Assembly: GCA_021414235.1 (NCBI GenBank)
Contig: JAIOOV010000004.1
Location: 36,250 to 100,249 of the forward strand
Length of the DNA: 64,000 nucleotides
Direction: 5' to 3'
Origin: Candidatus Parcubacteria bacterium
Lineage (GTDB): Bacteria; Patescibacteriota; Minisyncoccia; Phycocordibacterales; JAKFXT01
The notes below the pieces were generated by a model. The model did no database searches and was not told where the DNA came from. It worked only from the letters and a program-made list of their open reading frames with translations. Position 1 is the first letter of the stretch, and each line of letters starts with the position of its first letter. The position numbers and the translations under genes were made by a program. This document shows positions 19,404 to 28,957 of this stretch, piece after piece.

Positions 19404-20134
19404 AGAACCTCTTCCTCAACGCACTGCTCCTGACAAGCCTCTTCCTGTGGGGAAGTGGAAATGTAGCAGAAGCGCAGACAGCTGCATCCGTAAGGAATGC
19501 AGAGATCCTCTTCCAAGGAGATACCTATGCGCCGCCCTTCTACCGCGGGAAAGCGCTTCTCTCGGGAGAGAACGCAGTGACTGTCGTGGCCTACCCCGAT
19601 CTCTCGGGCACCTCGCTCGATCCAGCGCGGCTTCACTACAAATGGATGCGGGACGGGGAGGTCATCCCTGGGTATACCGGAACAGGGAAGCGGCTCGCCA
19701 CCTTCGCAACATCCATCGCAAGCGACGAGACCCTCCTCGAGGTGGAGATAGCCGACCCTAACGGAAGCTACCGGGCCAAAAAATCCATGTACCTGAAGGA
19801 TCGGAAGCCTAAGGTCGTGATTTATGAGGACAACGCGATCCTAGGCGTGCTTTATAATCGAGCGGTAGCCAAAGAATTCACTCTCTCTGGCTCTGAAACT
19901 GCGTTCCTGGGCATCCCGTTCTTCTTCTCTGCAGACACCTCGCGGGACCCTCAGCTCAAATACGAATGGAGCGTGGGCGGGCAAAGCGACGCAGGAGACG
20001 ACCGTCTCGTCGTGCGGAGCGAAGGAGAACGTGGAGTTTCCACCATCGCGCTCCAGGTCGGACATAGGAATAAATTCACTCAGCTAGCCTCATATGGATT
20101 CACTATCCTCTTCGGCAATGAACCTACTCGCTAA
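19400..20134 (+). CDS. Secreted beta-rich hypothetical protein
   Basis: Signal peptide; YKW and YEW Ig-like strands; ATGA overlap with virB4. Confidence 0.75.
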   Translation: MKNLFLNALLLTSLFLWGSGNVAEAQTAASVRNAEILFQGDTYAPPFYRGKALLSGENAVTVVAYPDLSGTSLDPARLHYKWMRDGEVIPGYTGTGKRLATFATSIASDETLLEVEIADPNGSYRAKKSMYLKDRKPKVVIYEDNAILGVLYNRAVAKEFTLSGSETAFLGIPFFFSADTSRDPQLKYEWSVGGQSDAGDDRLVVRSEGERGVSTIALQVGHRNKFTQLASYGFTILFGNEPTR

Positions 20135-20855
20135 CACACTACGAATCGGCGCGGCGGCGGCAATGTTCCTCGCCGGGGCAGGGGAGGTGTTCGCGCAAGT
20201 TGAGTACCGGCTCCTCCGCCCTCTGCCTAATTTCCCCGCGGTCATAGGCACAGAACTCACGCTGACCTCTTATCTCCAGAGCGCTTTCTATCTTGTCCTC
20301 GGGCTCAGTGCGACTGCCGCCGTTATCCTGGGGATAGTCTACGGCTTCGCCTACATGACTTCAGACGTAGTCGTGAGCAAGGAGAACGCCAAGAAGCATC
20401 TCACCCAGATCGTTTGGGGAATAGGCCTCCTGCTTGCCTCCTATCTCATCCTCTACACTATCAACCCCCGCCTGGTGAACCTCGATGCGGGGCTGAGCAA
20501 ACTTAGGGTCACCGTCCCCTCGACGGAATTCTCGAGGCCGCAAGTGCCCCGGGAAGTTTCTCAGAATTACAATATAGGGGCGAGACCGCCGACCACAGAA
20601 GAACAGGCCGCAGCAGCAAGCAATGGTGGGAAACAGATAGTCGGTCTTTTCGATTACGATAGCTACATAACTCAGTGCATGTCCATGGAAGCCACCTTCA
20701 CCCGAGACCAGTGTGAGGAGGCCGCCACGAGAGCGCACGAGCAGTTTAGCCTCACTTGCGGTTCGTACTTATACACACCCTCTGTTTCCGGGCGGAGAGT
20801 CTCTTGCTCTTGTACGCCAAACCCTCCCCGCGAAACCTGTAATCGATCGATATGA
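20118..20855 (+). CDS. TrbC/VirB2-like pilin domain protein with Cys-rich C-terminus
   Basis: GFAYMTS...KENAKKHLTQIVWGIGLLLASYLILYTINPRLV pilin pattern. Confidence 0.75.
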   Translation: MNLLANTLRIGAAAAMFLAGAGEVFAQVEYRLLRPLPNFPAVIGTELTLTSYLQSAFYLVLGLSATAAVILGIVYGFAYMTSDVVVSKENAKKHLTQIVWGIGLLLASYLILYTINPRLVNLDAGLSKLRVTVPSTEFSRPQVPREVSQNYNIGARPPTTEEQAAAASNGGKQIVGLFDYDSYITQCMSMEATFTRDQCEEAATRAHEQFSLTCGSYLYTPSVSGRRVSCSCTPNPPRETCNRSI

Positions 20856-22078
20856 GCAGCGATTCTAAAAAACAACTTTTTCTTTTCCTAGCCTATTTTG
20901 TAGGTACCGTAATACTAATTGTCGTCGCGTTCTTCGGTTGGAGATACATCACGAACACCGACACCTCTGTACTAACCGGCGGCCCTAACGGTAATAGCAA
21001 TCTCCCCATCTTTCCTTCTGTCGGCGGGGGAGCATCACTTCCAAGCGGAAGTACGAATGGGAACGGAGAGAAGAAGGAGGAAGTCCCAGAGACCCCTAAG
21101 GTGTACCAGGTTTCCGCCAAGCCGGTGGCAGGCTACACCATCGCCAAGAATAACGGGGAGTGGGTGACCCGCTATGTAGACCGGGGTACCGGGAATATCT
21201 ACGAGAGCTCGCTAGAGAAAGTCTCCCACAAGCGCATTACCAACACCACCCTGCCGCAGACAGTCGAAGCGACCTTCACCTCGAGCAGCACCGTATTACT
21301 CCGCTCCACTCTTCCTTCAGGTGCGATCCGTACCCAGTACGGGAGAGTATTAGCGACCTCCTCCGGAGAATTCCGTCCACTTCTCACCTCCGAGCTCCCC
21401 GAAGACATCACCTGGCTCTCCGCGCGCTCGAACGACATTTTCTACCTGCAAAAAGACGACGCTAACGGGACCGCAGGCTTCCTCATGAATCTCGACCGCA
21501 AAGTCCCGAGCAGAATATTCTCCTATCCGCTTTCTGAGTGGATTCCTCGGCTCCTCGAAGGGAACAGGGTGTTCCTGCAGAGCAAGGCTTCCGCGTACGC
21601 TCCTGGAGGGCTCTTCCTCCTCTCTGGAAATGCTACCAACCCAGCACCCCTCCTCCTCGGAGGCTACGGCCTCGCCGCGCTTCCCAACGACAAAGGCACC
21701 AAAGCCCTCGTCTCTCAAACAGTCACCAACTTCCCCCAGCTCTCGCTTCTCGACATAGCTACGAAACGCACCTCTTCTCTGCCCCTCAGCACCTTTGCGG
21801 AAAAATGCACCTGGAGCACGGCATCCTCGAGTATCGCATACTGCTTCATGCCAAAGACCGCGGAGCCCGGCGTTTACCCGGACGAGTGGTATTCGGGAGA
21901 AAAGAGCTTCACTGACACGCTCTGGGAGGTGAATACAGCTACTGGAGACCTCGTCATCCTGGAGAAGTTTACTGAAGAGGAGATGGACAGCATCGAGGTG
22001 TCAGTCTCTGGCGACAACCGCTTCCTTCTTTTTATAAACAAAAAGGACCTCTCCCTCTGGAGCGTCCGTTTGAGATAG
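20852..22078 (+). CDS. Membrane-anchored predicted beta-propeller protein
   Basis: N-terminal TM; beta-rich repeats (YVDRGTGNIYE, FAEKCTW, LLFINKKDLSLW). Confidence 0.75.
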   Translation: MSSDSKKQLFLFLAYFVGTVILIVVAFFGWRYITNTDTSVLTGGPNGNSNLPIFPSVGGGASLPSGSTNGNGEKKEEVPETPKVYQVSAKPVAGYTIAKNNGEWVTRYVDRGTGNIYESSLEKVSHKRITNTTLPQTVEATFTSSSTVLLRSTLPSGAIRTQYGRVLATSSGEFRPLLTSELPEDITWLSARSNDIFYLQKDDANGTAGFLMNLDRKVPSRIFSYPLSEWIPRLLEGNRVFLQSKASAYAPGGLFLLSGNATNPAPLLLGGYGLAALPNDKGTKALVSQTVTNFPQLSLLDIATKRTSSLPLSTFAEKCTWSTASSSIAYCFMPKTAEPGVYPDEWYSGEKSFTDTLWEVNTATGDLVILEKFTEEEMDSIEVSVSGDNRFLLFINKKDLSLWSVRLR

Positions 22079-22081
22079 GCC

Positions 22082-22816
22082 CTAGGCCTTCTTGGCGGCG
22101 ATAGAACGCCTGAACCACCAATCCTGGATGACCGTGAAGGTGTTGCTCGCTACCCAATAGAGCGCTACCGCAGCAGTCAGGCTGTGGGCGATGAATATGA
22201 TGATGATCGGGAGCACGTAGCGCACCTGGATGCTCATGCTGCGAGCGAAATCTTCTTTAAAAGAGGGCTCTGCGCCGGCCACGCGCGGAGGAACCGCAGG
22301 GGTTGCGAAATACGCCTGGACGAACTGGGTCCCTCCCGCAAGGAGCGCTAAGGGCCAGCTTTTACCTGCCATATCGAGGAATCCGAAGAAGAGCATGTCC
22401 ACGGAAGGAGGAGCTGAGACAAAGGAGTAGAGGGCGGTCGTGTCGATCGCCGGCAGTCCTCCTTTATAGAAAATGAGGTAGAGCGCGATGACGATGGGGA
22501 TCTGCACCAGAAGGGCCCAGAACATGGTAAAAGGACTCACATTTCGGCTGCGGTAGAGATTCATGAGCGCCTGGGCCTGCTGCGCCTTGTCATCCTTATG
22601 CTTCTGCTTCAGAGCCTCTACTTCTCCCTCGAGCTCCTTGAGGACTGCCTGGGTATGCGCCGCCTTCTTGGAGAGAGGGAGGAGGACGAACTTCACGATG
22701 ACAGTGGAGATGACCACCGCGATGCCGACATCATGCGTCGGGATGACGTCGATGAGGAACACTAAGAGGTTATATATCGGATCGTGGATCAGCGTATTGA
22801 AAATTCCTGAGATCAT
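22082..22816 (-). CDS. yidC: Membrane protein insertase YidC (short form)
   Basis: TVIVKFVLLPL, LLVQIPI, ALYWVASN; syntenic with rnpA-rpmH-dnaA. Confidence 0.93.
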   Translation of the reverse strand: MISGIFNTLIHDPIYNLLVFLIDVIPTHDVGIAVVISTVIVKFVLLPLSKKAAHTQAVLKELEGEVEALKQKHKDDKAQQAQALMNLYRSRNVSPFTMFWALLVQIPIVIALYLIFYKGGLPAIDTTALYSFVSAPPSVDMLFFGFLDMAGKSWPLALLAGGTQFVQAYFATPAVPPRVAGAEPSFKEDFARSMSIQVRYVLPIIIIFIAHSLTAAVALYWVASNTFTVIQDWWFRRSIAAKKA

Positions 22817-22828
22817 AGCTGGTTAAGA

Positions 22829-23158
22829 TTATCGAGAGAGGGCCTGGAACGCCTCGGTAATGGCTTCTCTCAGCGCTCCCGGCGTCGCCTTAAGGCTCTC
22901 TCTGCGAAGAAAGAAGGCGACGCCGGTATGGAGAGGGAGGAGGGCAACAGAGGGACGGATTGCCGCGTAGACCCTACGGCGGGCATTGTTACGCGAAGAG
23001 GCGAGAGGCGCTTCCTTCTTTGATACTACCACCGCGACCTTCCTCCCCACAAAGCCCGTAGCGGAACGCATGGAAAAGAGGGGGTAATTACGCGAACGAC
23101 CTCCTTTTAGGAGGAGGTCGAATTCCTCTCGAGTGAATCGGGAGGCCTTGGGAAGCAT
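22829..23158 (-). CDS. rnpA: RNase P protein component
   Basis: [23 protein letters not shown] motif; synteny. Confidence 0.9.
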   Translation of the reverse strand: MLPKASRFTREEFDLLLKGGRSRNYPLFSMRSATGFVGRKVAVVVSKKEAPLASSRNNARRRVYAAIRPSVALLPLHTGVAFFLRRESLKATPGALREAITEAFQALSR

Positions 23159-23292
23159 TAGAGGGCGATGCGGGCGCGCCCTCTCTGGCGTCGGCGGGCG
23201 ATGACTTTGCTTCCGTTCTTGGTGCGGGAACGGACCAGGAAGCCGTGGGCACTGGCGCGCTTCTTCTTTTTGGGTTGGTATGTGAACGACAT
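23158..23292 (-). CDS. rpmH: 50S ribosomal protein L34
   Basis: Below ORF-track cutoff. Manual translation [44 protein letters not shown]; TAATG overlap with rnpA. Confidence 0.96.
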   Translation of the reverse strand: MSFTYQPKKKKRASAHGFLVRSRTKNGSKVIARRRQRGRARIAL

Positions 23293-23441
23293 GATGGGGA
23301 GAGTCTAGCAGAAATACTCTTTGTTTAAAAGGGGTATTGGAAAACAGCTAAAAGTTTTCCCCCTATGCACAGCTTATCACCACACAAACCTATCTGCGGT
23401 AAGTGCCCCTGAGATAGCCCGAGGATATAATTAACGAGCCT

Positions 23442-24782
23442 ATGGATAATAAGCAGCTCTGGGATAGTGTACTCGCGGAGATTGAACTCTCCACTTCCCG
23501 GGCTAATTTCGCTACCTGGTTCAAGAACACAGCCATCGTGCGGCAGGAAGAGGGGGTCATCTTCCTCGGTGTTCCCAATCAATTCGTCAAAGAGTGGCTT
23601 TTCAATAAGTACCACAAGGCGATCCTCAAGAGCCTGCGCGGCCTCTCCGAGCATATCCGCTCCATCGAGTACACCATCAGCAAGGAACCGCCGAAGCAGG
23701 AACAGCCTAAGAAGGTCATGGATCATGGGAGCCAAGAACTTCCGCTCTCGGATTACTACATCAACAAGGAGGATAACCTCAATCCTCGTTACACCTTCGA
23801 CAGCTTCATCGTAGGCCCCTTCAACGAGCTCGCGCACGCAGCCGCCCAGGCGGTCATCAAGAAGCCGGGCATCGTCTACAACCCGCTTTTCATCTACGGG
23901 AGCACCGGGCACGGCAAGACCCACCTCATCCAGGCGATAGGGAACCACTTCAAGAACACGGACAGCTCCAAGAAGGTCTACTACATCACCTCCGAGAAGT
24001 TCACCATGGACTGCCTCAGCTCCATCGAATCCGGCAAAATGAGCCTCTTTAAGGAGAAATACCGTAAGTACGATGTCCTCATCATGGACGACATTCAGTT
24101 CCTCTCCCAGAAGGCGCGCATGCAGGAAGAGCTCTTCCACCTCTTCAACACGCTCTACGACAACAATAAGCAGCTCATCTTCTCTTCCGACAAGGACCCT
24201 AACTACATTCCGCACCTCGAAGAGCGCCTTCAGTCCCGCTTCATCGCGGGCATGAAGGTCGATATCCCGCCGCCGGATCATGAATCGAGGATGGCTATCC
24301 TTAAAGCCAAGAGCCAGAAGATGGACGTGATGCTCTCCTACGAGGTGCTCGACTACCTGGCCGGCTCCACCGGGAGCAACATCCGTGAGCTCGAAGGCGC
24401 GCTCAATACAGTGATCTGCCAGGCGCAGCTCAAGAACAAGGATCTCTCTGTAAACGAGATCCGGCAGCTCATCAAAGAGAGCGCCAAGCCCAAGAAGGCG
24501 GTCTCTATAAAGGACGTGATCAAAGTGATCGCGGATTTCTACAATATCGAGGAGGCGAGCATCTACGAGAAGACCCGCCGGCAGGAGGTGGTGAAGCCCC
24601 GCCAGGTGATCATGTACATCCTGCGCGAGGATTTCAAGATCTCTTATCCTACGATAGGGGAGAAACTCGGAGGAAGGGACCACACGACCGTCATCCACTC
24701 CTGCGAGAAGATCAAGAACGACCTCAAGGAGGACGTCGGGCTCCTTCAGGACATCCAGCAGGTGCGTGTCCTGTTGAAATAG
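23442..24782 (+). CDS. dnaA: Chromosomal replication initiator DnaA
   Basis: YNPLFIYGSTGHGKTHL, DDIQF, QEELFHLFN, NIRELEGAL, GGRDHTTVIHS. Confidence 0.99.
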   Translation: MDNKQLWDSVLAEIELSTSRANFATWFKNTAIVRQEEGVIFLGVPNQFVKEWLFNKYHKAILKSLRGLSEHIRSIEYTISKEPPKQEQPKKVMDHGSQELPLSDYYINKEDNLNPRYTFDSFIVGPFNELAHAAAQAVIKKPGIVYNPLFIYGSTGHGKTHLIQAIGNHFKNTDSSKKVYYITSEKFTMDCLSSIESGKMSLFKEKYRKYDVLIMDDIQFLSQKARMQEELFHLFNTLYDNNKQLIFSSDKDPNYIPHLEERLQSRFIAGMKVDIPPPDHESRMAILKAKSQKMDVMLSYEVLDYLAGSTGSNIRELEGALNTVICQAQLKNKDLSVNEIRQLIKESAKPKKAVSIKDVIKVIADFYNIEEASIYEKTRRQEVVKPRQVIMYILREDFKISYPTIGEKLGGRDHTTVIHSCEKIKNDLKEDVGLLQDIQQVRVLLK

Positions 24783-24991
24783 GTGTGGATAGTAAGTGGA
24801 CTCGAATCGGAAAGAGTGAGGAGAACGCGAGTATAGAAATCAGATAAAGGGTACACTATCCACGAGCGTCCCCGAGATTCCCCAGAATACTAATTACGAT
24901 TTCCTGAACTACCGCCAGTAATAAGCCTCCAGGGACTTTTCCCCATATCCACACCCCTCATCATCATCATCTTTTAAATAAACAAATACTT
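24783..24991. other. Replication origin oriC (unwinding module)
   Basis: dnaA-dnaN intergenic; near-consensus boxes TGTGGATAG 24784-24792, TTTTCCCCA 24937-24945, ATATCCACA 24945-24953, then CCCC, (TCA)n trios 24958-24971 and AT-rich tract. Confidence 0.8.
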
Positions 24992-26092
24992 ATGAAGATA
25001 GAGTGTATAAAAGAAAAGTTATCGAAGGCTGTGGGTAAAGCCGAAAAGATCACTGGGAAGAACCTAACTCTACCGATATTAAGCTGCCTTCTTCTTAAGA
25101 CAGAAGGTCAGAATATTGTTCTGCGTTCTACTAATCTTGATCTCGGAGTGGAGCTCTCTTTCGGAGCGAAGGTAGAAGGAGAGGGGGAAGTAGCTATTCC
25201 TGCTTCTATCCTCAATAACTACCTCTCCTCCTCTCCTAATACACAGACGATCACCTTAGAGACCAAAGAAGGAGGTCTCGCCCTTTCTTCAAAGGAAGGT
25301 TCTACGTTCATAAAATCACATGCTCCGGAGGAGTTTCCTCTCATTCCTGTGGTACCCAAGGATTCTACGTTCATCATTAAGGCATCTGATCTGGTTCAGG
25401 GGCTGCGCGCGGTATGGTATAGCTCCTCGGTCTCGAGTATCAAGCCGGAGCTCGCGAGTGTGTATATCTACCAGAGCAATGGCGCGGTCTTCTTCGTAGC
25501 TACCGACTCTTTCCGTCTCGCGGAGAAGCAGATCATCAACAAGGGCAAGGCTGATTTCACTCCGATCCTCATCCCGTACAAGAATATCACTGAGATCATC
25601 CGGGTACTCGAAGATGCAGAAGGGGATGTGGAAGTAGCCGTAACTAAGAATCAGATTTCTTTCTCCTTCCCGGGGACGTACCTCACCTCACGAGTGATCG
25701 AGGGGGTGTTCCCAGACTATCGCCAGATCATCCCTAAGGAGTTCACTACGGAGGCGACGCTCCTCAAGCAGGATCTCCTTAATACTCTGCGTTTAGTGAA
25801 CATCTTCGCGGATAAGTTCAATCAGGTGAGCTTCAAGGTCTCGCCGAGCAAGAAAGAGCTTGAGCTCTCAAGCCGTAACAGCGAGGTGGGAGAGAGCGTA
25901 GAGAAGCTCGGTGGCTCTTTCACTGGGGAAGACCTGGAGATACATTTCAATTACAAATACGTGATCGATTGCTTCCAGTCCATCACGAGCGATAGTGTGA
26001 CGCTCCGCTTCACTGGGGCGCACAAGCCGCTTCTCATCGGAGGGGCGGGGGACAATTCCTTTACTTATCTGGTGATGCCGATGAATCGCTAG
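24992..26092 (+). CDS. dnaN: DNA polymerase III beta clamp
   Basis: LPILS, STNLD, VATDSFRLAE, FPDYRQIIP, YLVMPM. Confidence 0.98.
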   Translation: MKIECIKEKLSKAVGKAEKITGKNLTLPILSCLLLKTEGQNIVLRSTNLDLGVELSFGAKVEGEGEVAIPASILNNYLSSSPNTQTITLETKEGGLALSSKEGSTFIKSHAPEEFPLIPVVPKDSTFIIKASDLVQGLRAVWYSSSVSSIKPELASVYIYQSNGAVFFVATDSFRLAEKQIINKGKADFTPILIPYKNITEIIRVLEDAEGDVEVAVTKNQISFSFPGTYLTSRVIEGVFPDYRQIIPKEFTTEATLLKQDLLNTLRLVNIFADKFNQVSFKVSPSKKELELSSRNSEVGESVEKLGGSFTGEDLEIHFNYKYVIDCFQSITSDSVTLRFTGAHKPLLIGGAGDNSFTYLVMPMNR

Positions 26093-26097
26093 AACCA

Positions 26098-26352
26098 ATG
26101 GAATTCTCCCTCGCCGATCTCTTAAAGAGGATCAAGCTTCCGACGCCGAAGCGAGAGCTCGGCGGCATTCTGGAGTCGTACCTCTCCTCTAAAGGGATTA
26201 CCAGTTCCTGTGTCGCTTCTTCGGTAAGCGACCAAGTGCTTTATATAAAAACTGACGGAGCGACGAGACAGTATCTGCATCAGCATAAAGAAGAAGCCCT
26301 CTCCTTCCTCAAAGAGAGAGCTCCTCAGCATCACATTTTAGATATCGCCTAG
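26098..26352 (+). CDS. Small protein, possibly DciA (DUF721)-like
   Basis: Position after dnaN; VLYIKT...RQYLHQHKEEAL weakly like the DciA KH-like domain. Confidence 0.45.
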   Translation: MEFSLADLLKRIKLPTPKRELGGILESYLSSKGITSSCVASSVSDQVLYIKTDGATRQYLHQHKEEALSFLKERAPQHHILDIA

Positions 26353-28541
26353 ATTACCGGGACGACAGAGGGGACAGGGAAGATGGCGGGTTCGGTGCTC
26401 TGTCCGCTTATCTCTCCGCTCCCAGGAGTAGTGGGGGTGCCTCCGTGCTCTGCAACCCATCGCTCTACTGGGTAATCCCAGAGTCTGAGCTGTGCCTCTT
26501 GGGCACGCTCCTCGTCGGTAGGATAAGGGCCGGTCGGGTCGCTTTTCTTCACATAGTAAAGGATCTCGTGGGGGCCTTCCGCTACTCCTCTCAGTGCTGG
26601 TTTGAGATCCTCGGATATCGGCGGCGGGGGAGGAAACTTCTCTTCAGGCACACCCTTCAAGGCCTCTGCCATGAATTGATGCCAGAGAGGGGCGATGATG
26701 AAGCCTGCGACCTTCTTCTGCATGGCAGAGTTGTCATTGTTTCCAGCCCAAGCACCGACGGCGATCCTCGGTGTGTAGCCTACGATCCAGGCATCACGGT
26801 AATCGTTGGTCGTACCAGTCTTTGCTGCCACGCTGCGACCGGGGAAGTTGAGAGCAGAGTCTTCGCCGAAGGCGGGACTGCGCGCATCATTGTCCGAGAG
26901 CACGTCGGTGACCTGGCGGGCAATCTCGGGGGAGAGAGCTTCGGTGATGGAGGGCTCGTAATTCTCTAGCACGTTGCCTTGATTGTCTTCGACACGCAGT
27001 ACCGCGTGCGGCTCGAAGCGGACGCCGTCGTTAGCGAATACGCCGTAGGCGCTGGTGAGATCAAGCAGGGTCACTTCGCCGCCGCCGAGCACCAAGGTGA
27101 GGCCGTAGCGCTCTGGACCCTTGAGCGTAGAGATACCCATATCACGGGCGGTCTTGAGGGATTCCTTGAGGCCGGCGAGGTAGAGAACCTTCACTGAAGG
27201 GACGTTGAGGGATTGCGCGAGCGCATTCCGGAGGGAGATGGGGCCGCGGAAGACACCGTCGTAGTTGTCTGGCGAGAAACAAGGATCTGCCTTGGAGAAA
27301 TTATCCGGCGCACAGGCGGTAGAGAACTGCGTTTTGAGGTCGTAGACCACAGTATCTGGAGTGTAGCCTTTCTTAAAGGCGGTGGCGTAGACGAATGGTT
27401 TGAAGGCAGAGCCTGGTTGGCGGAGGGCGAGCGCGATGTTGTAGTTGCCGTCGATGGCTTTGTCGAAATAGTTACGAGAGCCCACCATGGTGAGAATCTC
27501 ACCGCTCCGGGGATCTACGGCCACCATACCCACGTTCTCTGCGTTGAACTTTTTCTCGTTCTCGAGGGCTCCTTTGGCGGCGATGTCCTCGGCGACGCCC
27601 TGGAGGTGGTAGTCGAGTGAGGTGATGACCTTGAGGCCTCCTTCGGTGAGGGCTCTTTCCCCGTACTTATTAGCCAAGTACTCGCGCACGTAGAAGACGA
27701 AGTGTGGAGCCTTGATGCTCGTGTCCTTCTGGGCCATGAAGGCGACTTTCTCCGAGAGGGCTGTGTCGTACTCCTCCTTAGTTATGTAATTGAACTCGAG
27801 CATCTTGCGAAGCACCAGGTTCTTGCGACCCTCGAGCGCGTCTTTGTGGTTGCCGTAAGGGGAGTAGTAGGTAGGAGCCTGAGGGAGGGCGGCGATATAG
27901 GCGGACTCGGCGATAGAGAGATCCTTGGCATGCTTGCCGAAGAAAGACATGGAAGCTTCCTCTACACCGTAGATGTTGCCACCATACGGGGATTCGTTGA
28001 GGTAGATCTCGAGTATCCGGTCTTTGCTAATGATCCGCTCTAGGCGTACGGCGAGCACCCACTCCTTTATCTTGCGAGAGATTCGCTTGTCTTGGGTAAG
28101 GAGGGCGTTCTTCACTACCTGCTGGGTGATGGTGGAGCCTCCCTGGGTGTAGCCATCTGAGAGGTGGAGGATCACCAGGATATTGGAGAGCACGGCGCGC
28201 ACGATGGCGGTCGGCTTTATGCCGAGGTGAGTATAGAATTCATTGTCCTCGATCGCGATCGAAGCGTTTTTGATGGCAGGAGCGATGTCGGCGAGCGGTA
28301 CCACGGTGCGGTTGGCCTGGCCATGGAGCGCGAAGAGGAGGATGGTGCCGGTACGGTCGTAGATCTTGGTGGACTGGCTTACCTGGCGGTTCTCGATGGA
28401 GCTTAAGTCGGGGATCCGCAGGCTTGAGGCCCACAGGAGGAATCCGCCGATGAAAAGGAGTGAAGTAGCGGCGAGGAAGAGGAGGGTGCGCTTGGGGTCC
28501 TGAAGAAGCAGCCGCTTCAGGCGAGAATAGAGTTTTTTCAT
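26349..28541 (-). CDS. Class A penicillin-binding protein (PBP1A family)
   Basis: EDNEFY, QGGSTITQQVVKN, RKIKE transglycosylase motifs; SAFK, SLN, KTGT transpeptidase motifs. Confidence 0.96.
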   Translation of the reverse strand: MKKLYSRLKRLLLQDPKRTLLFLAATSLLFIGGFLLWASSLRIPDLSSIENRQVSQSTKIYDRTGTILLFALHGQANRTVVPLADIAPAIKNASIAIEDNEFYTHLGIKPTAIVRAVLSNILVILHLSDGYTQGGSTITQQVVKNALLTQDKRISRKIKEWVLAVRLERIISKDRILEIYLNESPYGGNIYGVEEASMSFFGKHAKDLSIAESAYIAALPQAPTYYSPYGNHKDALEGRKNLVLRKMLEFNYITKEEYDTALSEKVAFMAQKDTSIKAPHFVFYVREYLANKYGERALTEGGLKVITSLDYHLQGVAEDIAAKGALENEKKFNAENVGMVAVDPRSGEILTMVGSRNYFDKAIDGNYNIALALRQPGSAFKPFVYATAFKKGYTPDTVVYDLKTQFSTACAPDNFSKADPCFSPDNYDGVFRGPISLRNALAQSLNVPSVKVLYLAGLKESLKTARDMGISTLKGPERYGLTLVLGGGEVTLLDLTSAYGVFANDGVRFEPHAVLRVEDNQGNVLENYEPSITEALSPEIARQVTDVLSDNDARSPAFGEDSALNFPGRSVAAKTGTTNDYRDAWIVGYTPRIAVGAWAGNNDNSAMQKKVAGFIIAPLWHQFMAEALKGVPEEKFPPPPPISEDLKPALRGVAEGPHEILYYVKKSDPTGPYPTDEERAQEAQLRLWDYPVERWVAEHGGTPTTPGSGEISGQSTEPAIFPVPSVVPVI

Positions 28542-28628
28542 GTTGTTAAGCTCTCATTAAGGCCGAGAGTCTGGTTGAATCTTCATCCTAGCAGAGAAGA
28601 GCCTTTTTTCCACGGGAGGTAAAACACA

Positions 28629-28652
28629 AAAGCTCCGCGATCGCGGAGCTTT
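28629..28652. terminator. Intrinsic terminator
   Basis: AAAGCTCCGCG-at-CGCGGAGCTTT inverted repeat. Confidence 0.75.
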
Positions 28653-28661
28653 TGTGTTTTA

Positions 28662-28853
28662 CTATTCTTCTGCTGCCGGCCCGAAACCGAAAGGAGTGTC
28701 CTCCTCCTCTTCGTCGACATCCTCTCCGAGAGAGAAGGGGTCCTCTTCTACTACTCCTGCTACACCGTCCGCATCGTCATCTCCGAGGTTTATGAGGTCC
28801 TTTCCGAACTCTCCTTCCTCTCTGTCTTTTTCTTCCTCAAAGCCTTTCTTCAT
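28662..28853 (-). CDS. Small highly acidic hypothetical protein
   Basis: 63 aa, D/E-rich, followed by terminator on its own strand. Confidence 0.6.
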   Translation of the reverse strand: MKKGFEEEKDREEGEFGKDLINLGDDDADGVAGVVEEDPFSLGEDVDEEEEDTPFGFGPAAEE

Positions 28854-28957
28854 ACGGGATTCCGAGTGAAAATTACGGGTTCGCTTTTAAAGATTTCATA
28901 GTTGTATCACGGTCCTTTCTTTTTGCAACTTTACCCGCTTTTACGTGTGGAAAACCT

